A stretch of 62,898 nt of DNA, the filler included, from Globobulimina sp. (taxonomy: Eukaryota), in assembly GCA_003354225.1 (NCBI GenBank). It is 42 parts of 42 records of this genome, joined end to end, with 100 filler letters (N's around TTAATTAATTAA, not from the genome) between each part and the next. Parts side by side here need not be neighbours in the genome. Positions count along the whole stretch, not along the records: positions 24,013 to 25,412 come from PIVH01017288.1; positions 25,513 to 26,912 come from PIVH01017289.1; positions 27,013 to 28,412 come from PIVH01017290.1; positions 28,513 to 29,912 come from PIVH01017291.1; positions 30,013 to 31,412 come from PIVH01017292.1; positions 31,513 to 32,912 come from PIVH01017293.1; positions 33,013 to 34,412 come from PIVH01017294.1; positions 34,513 to 35,912 come from PIVH01017295.1; 34 more parts are not named here. One strand, 5' to 3'. Shown one piece after another: positions 24,013 to 36,202 of this stretch. The notes under the pieces were generated by a model, which saw only the letters and a list, made by a program, of their open reading frames with translations, was not told the DNA's origin and did no database searches. Position 1 is the first letter of the stretch. Every line of letters begins with the position of its first letter. Made by a program: the position numbers and the translations under genes.

Positions 24013-25412
24013 AGAGACGTCACCCGCTTTTTTTGGTTTATCGACATAAAAATCCATAAAATCGATGGAAATGTGTGCATTTATCGATTTTGTCGAGTCC
24101 CATTTGGTGTTACTTCGAGTCCCTTTTTATTGGCCGCCGTTATAAATCACCTTTTGGATAAAATGAATACTTTAATTTCGGAATTGTTGAAAAACAACAT
24201 TTATGTTGATAATTTAGTAACTGGCTCCGAAACCGTCGATGCTGCACTAAAACTTTACCATCAGGCACAAAGAATATTTAAAAGTGTTTCTCTAAATTTG
24301 CGTGAGTGGTCATCCAACTCTGACGAATTTTTAGATAAAATTCCAGCAATTCACCGCGCCGAAGGTTCGATTTTTAAAGTTTTGGGCGTAACTTGGGACA
24401 CTAAAAGGGATTGTTTATTTATTCCTGGATTCGACAGCGATAAATTCATTTCTGCGACGACTAAAAGAGAGGTTTTACAAGCTATTGCCTCTATATACGA
24501 TCCTTTGGGCTTTTACACACCTGTTACCTTGAAAGCCAAATTGTTTTTGCACACTTTATGGTCGGAAAAACTAGACTGGGATACTGTACTTTCCATTACT
24601 TTAGTCCAAACTTGGTGAGATATTACACATGATTTGAATTTTATATCTACTTATGCTATACCACGATTTATTGCAGACCCAACAGCAACCGATACAACTT
24701 TTAATTTACTATGTTTCTGTGACGCATCAGCTAACAGTTATGCTACTTGTGTCTATTTACAGGTTCTTTCTAAGGGTCATTCCACTTGTCACTTGGTTTT
24801 TTCTAAGGCTCGTTTGTCACCTAAGATTGGGCTAAGTATACCTAGATTAGAACTTATGGCTGTATTAATAGGTGTACGTAGTGTCAAATTTGTTGCTACT
24901 CAACTTCAACTCCCAATAACTAAGACGATAATATGGACTGATTCTCAATGTGTCTTATGCTGGCTATGTAGTAAGAAAACTTTGTCGATTTTTGTCGAAA
25001 ATCGTCTTAAAGAAATTAAGTTATCAGAGAATATTTTGTTTCTTTATGTCCATACATCTTGCAATCCAGCTGATTTAGCAACTAGAGGCAAAAGTGTCGA
25101 CGAACTTAACGATTCCATTTGGTGGCATGGTCCTACTTGGCTTAAATTAGACAGTTCGCTTTGGCCACACTGGGATTTTGCACCTGTCGACAAAACTACT
25201 TGGGACAACGTTGAGGTCGAAAATAGAGGATCGAAAGTTTTGTATGAAGTTGGTCTTCTTGTTGGGGAGGGGCCTGCGGATACATTACTCGATATTAGTA
25301 GATTTTCTACTCTGAACAGATTACTTAGAGTCACTTCATGGGTTTTGCGTTTTGTCAATTCTATCAAGAAACGTTCAAATTTAGCTGATGTATGTACTCC
25401 CGAATTAGTTCA
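24013..25412 (+). mobile_element. BEL/Pao LTR retrotransposon pol fragment (RT to RNase H) with in-frame stop at 24616-24618
   Basis: RVPFGVTSSPFLL, YVDN, YDPLG, FCDAS, SIPRLEL, WTDS, NPADLATRG, WWHGP. Confidence 0.95.
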
Positions 25413-25512
25413 NNNNNNNNNNNNNNNNNNNNNNNNNNNNNNNNNNNNNNNNNNNNTTAATTAATTAANNNNNNNNNNNNNNNNNNNNNNNNNNNNNNNN
25501 NNNNNNNNNNNN

Positions 25513-26677
25513 GTTTGCTAAAATAAATCCCATCAATGAAGGATATGAGCCATCCGGTTTACAGTCATCCAATGTTACAATTACTGGATTTTTATTGATT
25601 TCATCATCATTTACATTAAAGGAGAAACCATTAAATCCATTATTGTTTTAAAATAAGTATTTGTTTTTATTATAAATCCCATTGGCATTCGGTTGCAAAT
25701 ACTTTGTCGTCGCCAACATAAATCTGGTTCGAATTTTATTTTATTATAAAGTGTTGGCGCAATGCAACATAATATACATTTCGTTTTAAATAAGAGTCCA
25801 TTTTCACATTCAACCACAACATAATCTTTGTGATCTTCAATACGTGTTACAATATGCGATAATTTTACATGTTTATTTATATTTTTTCGGATTGCCTGGC
25901 AAACTCCTTCCGAGCCACCAACAATTTTGCTATCCTGGCCGCCATTTTCTGTTTCAATTAAATGCATTATCGATTTATTTGCATTTGCTACATAATTTAA
26001 CCAGAATAACAACGATATTTCGCATGCTTCAACACATAAAATGCTACGAACAGCTGCCATCATTTGCTGTTTTGCTTCGGTGTCACTCGTTGTTTTATCA
26101 AACCATTCTTGCAACGTCATACTGTCATATTTTTGCAATAATTGTTTGCTAATATTTGATTGATTGATATCTTTGGTATTGATGTGCTTTGCTAATTTAT
26201 CTGTTTCTATTATACAAGAATTTAAATCCAACAATGCAAATATACCCATATTCGTTGGTATTGTTCCTGAATAATATGATAAGCGATTATTATAATTCAA
26301 TATAGATTGACCTTTCATATTCACTTTAAATGTTTTAATACCAAAACGATTACACATTCGTAACAATCGATTTTGTGTGGGACCAATATATGCGCCACCT
26401 TTATTGAATAAAAAATGAAGAATTAAATAGTGTATACATTAGATTATTTAATATGAACTGGAAAGTTACCTGCATCCACATAACAGGTTGAGCCATTATC
26501 TAATTTTACATATTCAGTGCACACACGACCACCAACACGATTCCGTGCTTCTAGAACAAGGAAGTTATCGACGTTACAATCTTTGAAATATAACCCTGCG
26601 CTTAACCCAGTGTACCCGGCGCCAATAATTATTACATCATAAATTGTCTCTGTACTTTTGACTTCGTCAACGCTCAT
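25513..26677 (-). CDS. Flavin-containing monoamine oxidase, 3'-partial; intron 26399-26469; frameshift near 25645
   Basis: IIGAGYTGL, LEARNRVGGR, DAG|GAYIGPTQNR, NGGQDSKIVGG, later TLDDCKPDGSYPSLMGFILA in another frame. Confidence 0.92.
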
Positions 26678-27363
26678 TTCTCTTCAATGTTTTTTTGTAC
26701 TCGCAGTTGTAATGGAATTGACGTATAATTTGGTCCAAGCAAAAATATATAGGAAACTCACAAGCGATCAAAAAAGTCGTTTACCTTTCAACAAATAGGG
26801 CTTTCCGATATGTACTGCAAATCTAAAAAACTTTTTGAACAGCTCCCGTCAGCCTCCATCCAGTTCGAAAAGGTAACACAATGCCAAAAAGGTCACATAA
26901 TTATTGTCGTTTNNNNNNNNNNNNNNNNNNNNNNNNNNNNNNNNNNNNNNNNNNNNTTAATTAATTAANNNNNNNNNNNNNNNNNNNNNNNNNNNNNNNN
27001 NNNNNNNNNNNNTTTCAAGGAAGATTGTCAACACTTGCATTGATGTGGACGATACTTCGCCATTTCCAATAAATATAAGCTACGAAACCAAGATGAACTT
27101 TATGCACAAAATGAAGGGATTTGAAGAAATGTGGAGAAGGCAGCTACGCAAATCAGTGCTACTCACAGACACAAATAAATGCAGAGAATTGTCACCTTTT
27201 ACTATTCCAAACGACTTATTGGATGAAATGTTGTTTGAAATAAAGAGATTGATCCGACAAAACCATTGGAGGCTCTTTTGTTTGCAAATCGAGTCGATGT
27301 GCAACACTGCCTCGGCCAGTTTAGAAACCAGTGAAACAATATAACTTTTTGTGTGCCTTTTAT

Positions 27364-28392
27364 TTAAATATTGACAGTAAATACTTCTTTGGAAATAGCA
27401 AGCATTTTCTCCCCAGTTTGTTTGACCTGACATTTTCCACTATTTTCTATATAACAACGCAATTTTGCATCGCACTCACCATTCCATCTAAAATATACAT
27501 TTGAATCATCATCAATAAGACCTTCACATTCTTCATTTTTTGCAGCCAAACTCCTTATCAATTTTTTAAAAGATTTCATATCGCCAACAATTTCACCATA
27601 AATATCTGAGGATTTGATCTTATCCAAATAATACTTTTCCAAATCTATAATTATCTCATTACAACAGTCACAAATTATCATTTGCTCCAAATTATTCTTA
27701 TTCTCTTTCTTTTTTTTATAATCTATCATCTCCTCATTGCTTTGCAATTTATTTTGTTCATTATTATCTTTCTCAAATACTCCAACAACCGAATTATATG
27801 AATTATAGATTGAGTTCCAAAACCATCCATTTTTACTTTTATTTTTCTTTTTCTTTTCTTGTTTTATTTTTCTTGCTCTTTTTTTGACATATTTTTTTTC
27901 CTTCATTTTGTTGTGGCGTTTTAACTGTTTTTCATATTCCAATCTTTTTTTGTATCGTTGATAGTTTTCTTTTTGTTCTCTTACTTTCTGTTTACGAATA
28001 TTTCTCGCTCGCAATTTCTTGGTTTTTTTATATCCGCCAATTAGTACACTCTCATTTATCAAACTATTCTCATTCATATTCTCTTTGCAGTCACTCTCTG
28101 AATCTGTAGCTGAATCAGTATCTTTCTCCATTTCTTGTTGATATATTTTCAAAGCAACCGCAGCATTTACATATTGTGCATATTTGCCACTTCCTAACAA
28201 TTGCTTTTCAATTCCTTCTTTTTTTGATTGTGACTTTGTTGAAATACCAAATCTTTTCCACATAGAACTCGAAATTCCGCTTAAAATACAAACCATCATA
28301 GAAAAGTAAATCAGCACTAATGTTGTGTGCAAGGATGGAATCAAATAATTCAAATCTGGCCAATCCAAGTTTGGAATGGATGTTGGCTGCAT
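27364..28392 (-). CDS. Hypothetical protein with N-terminal TM and basic coiled coil
   Basis: 342-aa ORF. Confidence 0.5.
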   Translation of the reverse strand: MQPTSIPNLDWPDLNYLIPSLHTTLVLIYFSMMVCILSGISSSMWKRFGISTKSQSKKEGIEKQLLGSGKYAQYVNAAVALKIYQQEMEKDTDSATDSESDCKENMNENSLINESVLIGGYKKTKKLRARNIRKQKVREQKENYQRYKKRLEYEKQLKRHNKMKEKKYVKKRARKIKQEKKKKNKSKNGWFWNSIYNSYNSVVGVFEKDNNEQNKLQSNEEMIDYKKKKENKNNLEQMIICDCCNEIIIDLEKYYLDKIKSSDIYGEIVGDMKSFKKLIRSLAAKNEECEGLIDDDSNVYFRWNGECDAKLRCYIENSGKCQVKQTGEKMLAISKEVFTVNI

Positions 28393-28512
28393 TTTAATTT
28401 CAAAGTATAATANNNNNNNNNNNNNNNNNNNNNNNNNNNNNNNNNNNNNNNNNNNNTTAATTAATTAANNNNNNNNNNNNNNNNNNNNNNNNNNNNNNNN
28501 NNNNNNNNNNNN

Positions 28513-29912
28513 CGCTTTTGCCTTTTCAGCTTCTTCTTGTTTTTGTTCTGCACTTAAACTGTTACTCTCACTCTTTTTAGGTACACGGTTTTTAATTAAC
28601 GATATTGAGTCAAACGTAGCTCCCAACGCCACGTTGGTGGACGGCCGAGGTACAAAGGGCTGGTTATTTGCATTTAAGCGTAGATTTACAAATTCGTCAT
28701 CGTCAATATCGTCATCCTCATTCGAGTCATCATCGCCACCAAATAGCTGTTTCACGCCGGTGTACGTATCGCGTTTCTTATGTTCAATGTTTTTATTATC
28801 ATCAAATAAGTCGGCCACTACGTGCGCATTATTGGTCATATTGTCTTCATTCTCCTCTTCGGTGATGGTTGGATGCGGGTTTTCATATTTTGATTTCGCT
28901 TTTTTTTCGTCCGAGAATAAATCCGCCACATTGTCCACATCGGTGGCACCCGTCGATAAATGTTGCGTCAATTTCTTGGTCAAATCCACTTTGAACATTT
29001 CTTTGATATTATCCCCAACCTTAACATTCCAAAAAATTTCATTTCAGTTTGAAACCACACATTTTCAGTTTCAAACTATAGAAAAAAAATCATTTCAGTT
29101 TGAAACCAAAAAATTTCATTATAAAAAAAATCTGAAACCACAAATTTTCAGTTTCAAACTGTAAAAAAAAATACATTTCAGTTTGAAACTAGAAATACCA
29201 TTTGAGATTGGACGCGTTTTGATTGTCTGCGCGAATGCACTCGGCCATAATCGCCAAACATGGAAGATCGCCGCGAGTCCCATCCAGTGGCGGCATCGTC
29301 ATCTTCCTCGATGCCATAATACGCGGTAATGGCATAATAATCGTGCTCTTCGGGTGCGGATTGTACCGAAGGTGCCCTATCTTCAGAGTCACTGTCGTCG
29401 CCGCGGAATAAGTCTTTAAATGCAAAGGATGGGCCCCGCGAATGTTTGCGTTTAGTACTGGTTCGTCTGCTCATTGGCGTTGGATCAGACAAATTCGAAC
29501 CATACGATTCAAATCGCGAATGCATAGATTGTCGCTGCTGCTCTTCACTCTTTCTATCCTTCTCTTCGTTTTTCTTCATTTGTATAATCTCTTTTTCTTT
29601 ATCTGACGCTGATTTATATTCTTCTTCGTCCTCTTCCTCATCGTCAGAATATGTGTATACTCTTTGTTTATCCATCGAATCTGTGCTCTCTTCGTCGTCC
29701 ACATCCACATCTTCCTCCACCTTGTTACAGAGCAAATGTTCAGAAAATTATTTTATTTTATTTTTGTAGCCACATTTATGCATTTTTTTTTTGTAGAACA
29801 CACCTCATCTTCTTGTAACTGTTGATATTCATTATTTGGATTGGTAAATAACTCAACAATATCACCAGCAAAACTGGGTTGTTTAAAAGTATGTGATTTG
29901 GTCCCTAAAATG
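28513..29912 (-). CDS. Acidic low-complexity protein fragment; introns 29721-29803 and 29020-29198
   Basis: Two phase-0 GT-AG introns join QEDE|VEED and SQM|VGDNIKEMFK in frame. Confidence 0.7.
29030..29190. repeat. Intronic repeat of ATTTCAGTTT(G/C)AAAC motif
   Basis: Five clear copies plus degenerate ones, separated by A-runs. Confidence 0.85.
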
Positions 29913-30012
29913 NNNNNNNNNNNNNNNNNNNNNNNNNNNNNNNNNNNNNNNNNNNNTTAATTAATTAANNNNNNNNNNNNNNNNNNNNNNNNNNNNNNNN
30001 NNNNNNNNNNNN

Positions 30013-31412
30013 GAAAAAACAAAGCAAAAAATGATTTACGAACAATAAACGAATTTAAATCAAAGCCATGGTACGAATTAATAAATAAATTAGATGGAAA
30101 TCAAAATAATAACAATGGCAGAAATATCGGTAAATTAATAAAATTAGATTATGCGATCAAGAAATTATCAAAGAAAAAAGAGGCAAAATTGACGCATTCG
30201 GACTTTATAATTAATGACAAAGAGAAAGCAAATGTCATAGTAAAATACATGAATACCATTGGCCATCATTCTAACCCATTATTTGATAAATCAGTAAAGA
30301 GATCGCGAGAAAAAGCACGTAAAATGGATGAACCGTATGACTTTCAACCAAAAATATGGGCTGAAATGCCTCAAAATCAATTAAGTAGTCATCAAATAAA
30401 TGAGGTAAAGACATGGAAAGCAACGCAATGTAAATTAATTGCACCATTCACAAAGTCCGAATTCCATGCAGCGATTTATAAATCAAATCCGAACAAAGCG
30501 TTTCATGGAAAAGTGCATTTATTGATGTTACGACATGGAGAAAAAGAGATTGTTAATGTACTATTAATCATTTATAACTGGTGGAAGGATAACGGTGTGG
30601 TTACAAACAACATGAATGAACGCTTAATGAATCCGCTTATAAAAGGCGGAAAGGATAAGCGGTTAATTGGGTCACTGAGGCCGTTGGAATACGGAGTTAT
30701 AATATTCAAAATCTACACAGTAATGGTCTTCCAGCGGATAGCCGAATATGCGGCGAAATACAAACTGATAATGATCCATCAATTTGCATCTAAAATAGCG
30801 TCTGGATCTGAAGACTGCCTAATCGATATGATCACGGATATTGGCAGTATGGTTCGTAATGGTTTCCCCACAGTAATGGCCTCAAATGACTCAAGCAGCG
30901 CATATAACGCAATGTATCCACCGATAATCGAAGATAAAATGGTTCATCATTGTGGGTTTAACCAAGAAGCTCTAACAATGTTTAGGTCATTTACGAGCAA
31001 TGTTAAGTCGATCTGCAATGTAAACAATCAGTTATCTGACCCTTTCGACCCCGTAAACTCATTATTCTCGCAAGGTTTCATACCCGCTGGATTCTCGTGG
31101 TGCGTCTATGTAAACCCTGGCGGTATGCACCTAAATAATAATTTCATTTTGTATAACAATTTAAAGCAACCAATCGCAAAAATTCAGCCAAAAATATTAA
31201 TGGATGATATAAATTATTATATATTAATTATGCAAAATGATAATGAAATAAAAATGGATACAAGAAAGATATATAATAAATCGATAATGAATAAAAATAT
31301 ATCAATCAATCAATTTGTCCAATTGCAACCAAATAAAAAGTATATGGATATTTTGCAAAAAATGTACCCAATGATGCAAGATGCCATAGACTTTACGCGA
31401 GAATATTTAAAT
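30013..31412 (+). mobile_element. Non-LTR (LINE-like) retroelement reverse transcriptase fragment, divergent
   Basis: PFTKSEF, PLIKGGKD..LRPL..FKIY, QFA, NDSSSAYN, SQG, LMDD in RT motif order. Confidence 0.8.
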
Positions 31413-31512
31413 NNNNNNNNNNNNNNNNNNNNNNNNNNNNNNNNNNNNNNNNNNNNTTAATTAATTAANNNNNNNNNNNNNNNNNNNNNNNNNNNNNNNN
31501 NNNNNNNNNNNN

Positions 31513-32119
31513 TAACAGTTAATAAAGATATTATCCCCAAAATGTTGACAATAGATAATCTTTTAATATTTCTAAACAGCAATAACATACTTAACAATGG
31601 GAACAAAAGTATAGGGATTAATATTGGATTAACTTGGATGTTATTATGATTATCAACTATAAATGTATAGAGATTCTGTTTTAAAAATATAATATATGCA
31701 GTGCATGAACCCCACATTCCAATAACTGTCGACCAAAATGATAAATAATATCCAAATGGACCTAATATTATGTTTGCAACATCAGCATAGGATATTAATA
31801 CTGTGTCATCCCCAACAACTCGCTCCTTTTTATTATTATTGTTGCAATATTGAATATGATTAGTATTTGATTGATTTGATAATATTGCATCGTGCGCATC
31901 TACCATCAATAAACTTGTATAGCATGTCACAATAACAGTTAATGAAAATATTACAATGCCAATTAACGGAGATGCCTCATAAAATAGATACGGAACAGCA
32001 TATGCACCGACACCTACAGATGACTTCCATGTTGTAAAAAAGCAATGTAAATTGGATATTTTTTCTCTTCCATTGTTTTTTGTCATTGGCAAAAAAAACT
32101 TCTTAGTGAGATCATCCAT
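31513..32119 (-). CDS. Amino acid transporter (AAAP/Aa_trans family), 3'-partial
   Basis: KSSVGVGAYAVPY, SYADVA..LG..G, CTAYIIF. Confidence 0.85.
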
Positions 32120-32202
32120 TGCAATAAGAACGTTCGGTCGCACAAAATTCCACACGAACAGAATTTCTGTACGTTAAATTGTCAGAATTACTTTGCTAAT
32201 TA

Positions 32203-32912
32203 ATGGGCGTGTTTGCCAGCAGAGTGAATTATTTCGATTCACAAATTCCATATGGTAACACACCAAACGAAAAGAGATTCGAGATGTGGTTAATTTGTTG
32301 CGCGGTTTCATGGCTTTACTGCCTAGTTTCCATTTATTCATATTTCTCATTCACCTCGTTATCTCATCTTACAATTATTTCCAAACGGTACCCTCGAATG
32401 GTTAGATTTGAATGTGTAATGGTTATGTTATATTGTCTTATTAGTTTCCCATTAATGGCTGCATCAACTTCACGTTTAGAAGAATTTGAAGCAATCCAGA
32501 AAGAAATTACTATGATTACATGGGTTATATACCCTTTTTTAGCTCATGGCATTGTAGACATTGAAGCCTGTCGTTGCTGGTCCATGTATTTCAAATTAAA
32601 TCATCTATATTTTACCGAAAATAAGAAATGGACGGATGCTATTAATGTTGACGAGAATTGCAACAATTTCTGGTTATCAAAACAAGCAATTGCAACATAT
32701 GGAAATGTAAATTGGTGTTGCAAGAGAATATTTTGTTATTATTTATTCACAACATTCTCATCCACGTTGATGATGAATCACTTTGGTTATAATCTGATTA
32801 CACAGTTTATTGACGCCACATTTTATGGTTTCCCAGTGGTTGTAGTTATATTCTGTTTCGTTAAATGTCCGAAAATCAGAGATAAATTCCTATTTTATTT
32901 CGAGTTCAGAAC
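32203..32912 (+). CDS. Multi-pass 7TM-like protein (7TM-RGS-like N-terminal region), 3'-partial
   Basis: Five TMs, IISKRYP after TM1, RCW after TM3, DKFLFYFEF after TM5. Confidence 0.5.
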
Positions 32913-33076
32913 NNNNNNNNNNNNNNNNNNNNNNNNNNNNNNNNNNNNNNNNNNNNTTAATTAATTAANNNNNNNNNNNNNNNNNNNNNNNNNNNNNNNN
33001 NNNNNNNNNNNNGGGTAAATTTGCAATAATATCTCATTTATTATTGTCAATGTTTTAATATTTTAAGAAGTTTCAT

Positions 33077-33848
33077 TTGCAACAACATCTTCAATGTAAT
33101 AAAACAGAAAGGCAACATGTCTGTCAAGAATGTGGAAAGCAGTACTTCTTAAAGAAGACCATGGTTGAACACTTGAGAGACAAGCACCCTGAAAAAGCAC
33201 CAATCATTAAACCCCATAGGCTGGTGGATGTAAAAGGTAAATGCCAATCTTATACATTTTTGCAGAATGAACGCTTTTCCAGGTTACCGCTGCTGTGGTG
33301 AAAGTTTTGTGAATGGTAGAGAATATCGCACCCACAAAGACCGAGTTCACATTCGTAAGCCTCCAGACACCACTACAGAGAAAATGACAACTTTTGCATG
33401 CAAATGGTGTTGTGATATTAAATTCAGCCAGGAATCTGAGTTGTTTGAACATAAAAAGATGTTCCATCGAAGAAGTATTGTTAAATCACTGTACAACCAC
33501 TATGGAGATCAATTGGTTGACAGAACAGAAAGGAATGGCTTTGTTCGTACCACTGACTCATTCAGACTCACTTGTTTGGCAATGACATTTTGCATGCAAG
33601 GCCTGGCACTTGAAGTTTTCAGCAAAGTGATTGACTGCCTGGTGGCACAAAATATGAGAAAATTTGGTCACATCCAAATCAAGGTTCATGCAGATACAAT
33701 GGATATACCAATTATTACATCAAATATTCATGTTACCATGTTCGACCCATTGAAGCTTTTGAACAATCTTGAAACTGTACTGTGTGCTAAGCCGGAGATT
33801 GGTGTTGACAATACACTGACATTTGAAGTTATTCACGTTGAAGATTAG
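33077..33848 (+). CDS. C2H2 zinc finger protein with Polinton-like C-terminal segment (spliced or frameshifted)
   Basis: CQECGK..HLRDKH, CCGESF..HKDRVH, CKWC..HKKMFH; LETVL..VDNTLTFEVIHV. Confidence 0.55.
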
Positions 33849-34670
33849 TTTATTCTTAATGTTACATTGGTTGTTGCATTTACTCATTTGTCTTTTGTGT
33901 AATTTTGTGAAGTAAACAGTAGAATGAATTTCAAAGTGCTATGTACCAATATCAATATCAGGGACTGTTTTCACAGAAAAAAATGCCTACATTGGTGTTT
34001 CTGTCACTTTCCACCAGTTGTCGCCTCGTTATCGATTTATTTAATTAAGGTTATCATTATCGATTTATTTAATATTAGTCTCGGTAATCAGTTTTGCTCA
34101 CGTTTCAACTAAGATAAGGTGTTTTCTGATTGTTTTAACCCTCATCTTGGGGTAAATAGAGTACGCCCTCTCAAAGTCACTTTTAGACAGATTTTGCACA
34201 TTTGCTCCTGCTCTATTGCTCGCTCTCCAGCCGGCTCATTGCAGGTTCCTGCCCTGAATCGCTTCATCCTTTCATCATGCGTTGTCCCTCTGTGCCCAAT
34301 AGCTGTACCAAAAGTGATGGACATAGAAGTCTATCGAAATGAGTAAGACAATGAAAGTTTTGATGTTGTGTGATAACTAAATACTATATGACTAATTTTA
34401 GAACTCAAGGAANNNNNNNNNNNNNNNNNNNNNNNNNNNNNNNNNNNNNNNNNNNNTTAATTAATTAANNNNNNNNNNNNNNNNNNNNNNNNNNNNNNNN
34501 NNNNNNNNNNNNCGCGTGGCAGTGTCTGCGGGGAGTGTTCCTCCATTTTATTTAAAAAAAGAAAGTCTAAAATTGAATGCAAAACTTGGAGCGAATTTTA
34601 TTCCATTTCTATTGACGATATTAAGCAAATCTTAGATTTATATTATCCGAAATCGTCGTATTCCAAATGG

Positions 34671-35912
34671 ATGCAAATCAAAAAATATGTTAAAGTCGCA
34701 TGTAAAAAGAATGTGAAACATTGTGTAGATCTTAATCAGTATAATCAATGTACAATGAATCTATCATCATCGTTGCATTCCATATCATCCTCAGCCGCTC
34801 CCTCTCGTTCGTTGGCGCGACATGTAACAAAATCATATGATTCGAGTATTCATTTGTTGGATCATACAAGAAATAGCCAATCAACCTTACCTCATTTGAA
34901 CACGCGTGCGTCAGTTGTTCCATATCCACCGAGTCCAACATCTGACACTGAAGAAGTTGATGAAGAATTTAATAATGATAATAACAATAAATCTGAAACT
35001 TTATCCAAAAAATCAAGAATCCAGCGAATTATGTCTAAATTTAAAATTCGTACAAACAGTAAAGTGAGAAATGTCGTGGTGGTGGCACACGGCGAGAAAC
35101 ATAACCAATTATCCCTTCCCAGTCCCATTCCAAGTTATAATGTTAAAGCAGAGTTGAAAAAATATAAAAGCGCACCGGATTCGCAAGAGCTGCTAAATAA
35201 GTCAGATCGAAGTTTGTTTGTAACGGAAACAGAAATGAGTACGAAAATAGAACATGACAATATTAATATATATGATATTAATAAGAATGAGCTTGAGGCA
35301 AAAAAGCAAAGTGAATCTGATTCGGAATGTAGTTTTTCATCCGTTGCAATTTCAACAGATTTAAGTTATGAAGATGTAAATGTAGAATGTGTGCCATTAG
35401 TGGCCATGGCATCAGATCAAGATAATAGTAATAATAATCCACAAAAACGATATCAAAATCAAAAATATTTTGCACAAAAGACACCGAAAGTTCCGAAACA
35501 GAAACCCAAAAAAAGGAAGATATTAAGGAAAAGAAAGAAAGGTAAATTAGGGGTTAAATTTAAAGCAATTAATACAATAAATAGATCGCAATCTAATAAC
35601 TCAAATTGTAGGCTGACTATACATGGCGACAAAAATATTAATAAAAGAGAGGTTGGCAGGGTGTCATCGTGCGAATCATTGGTTATATTGACAAAATATG
35701 ATAGTTCTACCGAGGATGATATTTATTTTGCAGATTCCCAAAATGAAGAAAAGGAAGAAAATATGGCAGATAATAAGGTTAATAATATTATTAATATAAA
35801 TATAAAGGAAAAGTCCGTTGACAAATTACCCGATGAACAATTATTTCTGCAATCGATTGCAAGCGGGGTGTCAACGGATGTTATGGTTGAGAATGGGAAT
35901 GATGTGATATTG
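34671..35912 (+). CDS. Low-complexity hypothetical protein, 3'-partial
   Basis: More than 400-aa S/N/K-rich ORF. Confidence 0.5.
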
Positions 35913-36202
35913 NNNNNNNNNNNNNNNNNNNNNNNNNNNNNNNNNNNNNNNNNNNNTTAATTAATTAANNNNNNNNNNNNNNNNNNNNNNNNNNNNNNNN
36001 NNNNNNNNNNNNTGGTGTCATTGAGGTTGATGATTCTGATGAAGATCGTGAAAATGACACACTTTGAGATTTATATTGAGTTTGCTTTTTACACTTAAAC
36101 ATAACACTATCACCATTTATTCACCAGTTTAATCGTCTTCACATTAACTGTGAAAACTGCATAATTTAAGTAAGTTTAATCCTGACTGCAGCGGAATAGT
36201 GT

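Noticed and set aside
24616-24618. TGA readthrough or alternative genetic code in the Pao pol
   Set aside because: Single stop in a transposon copy while Trp is encoded by TGG throughout; simple decay suffices
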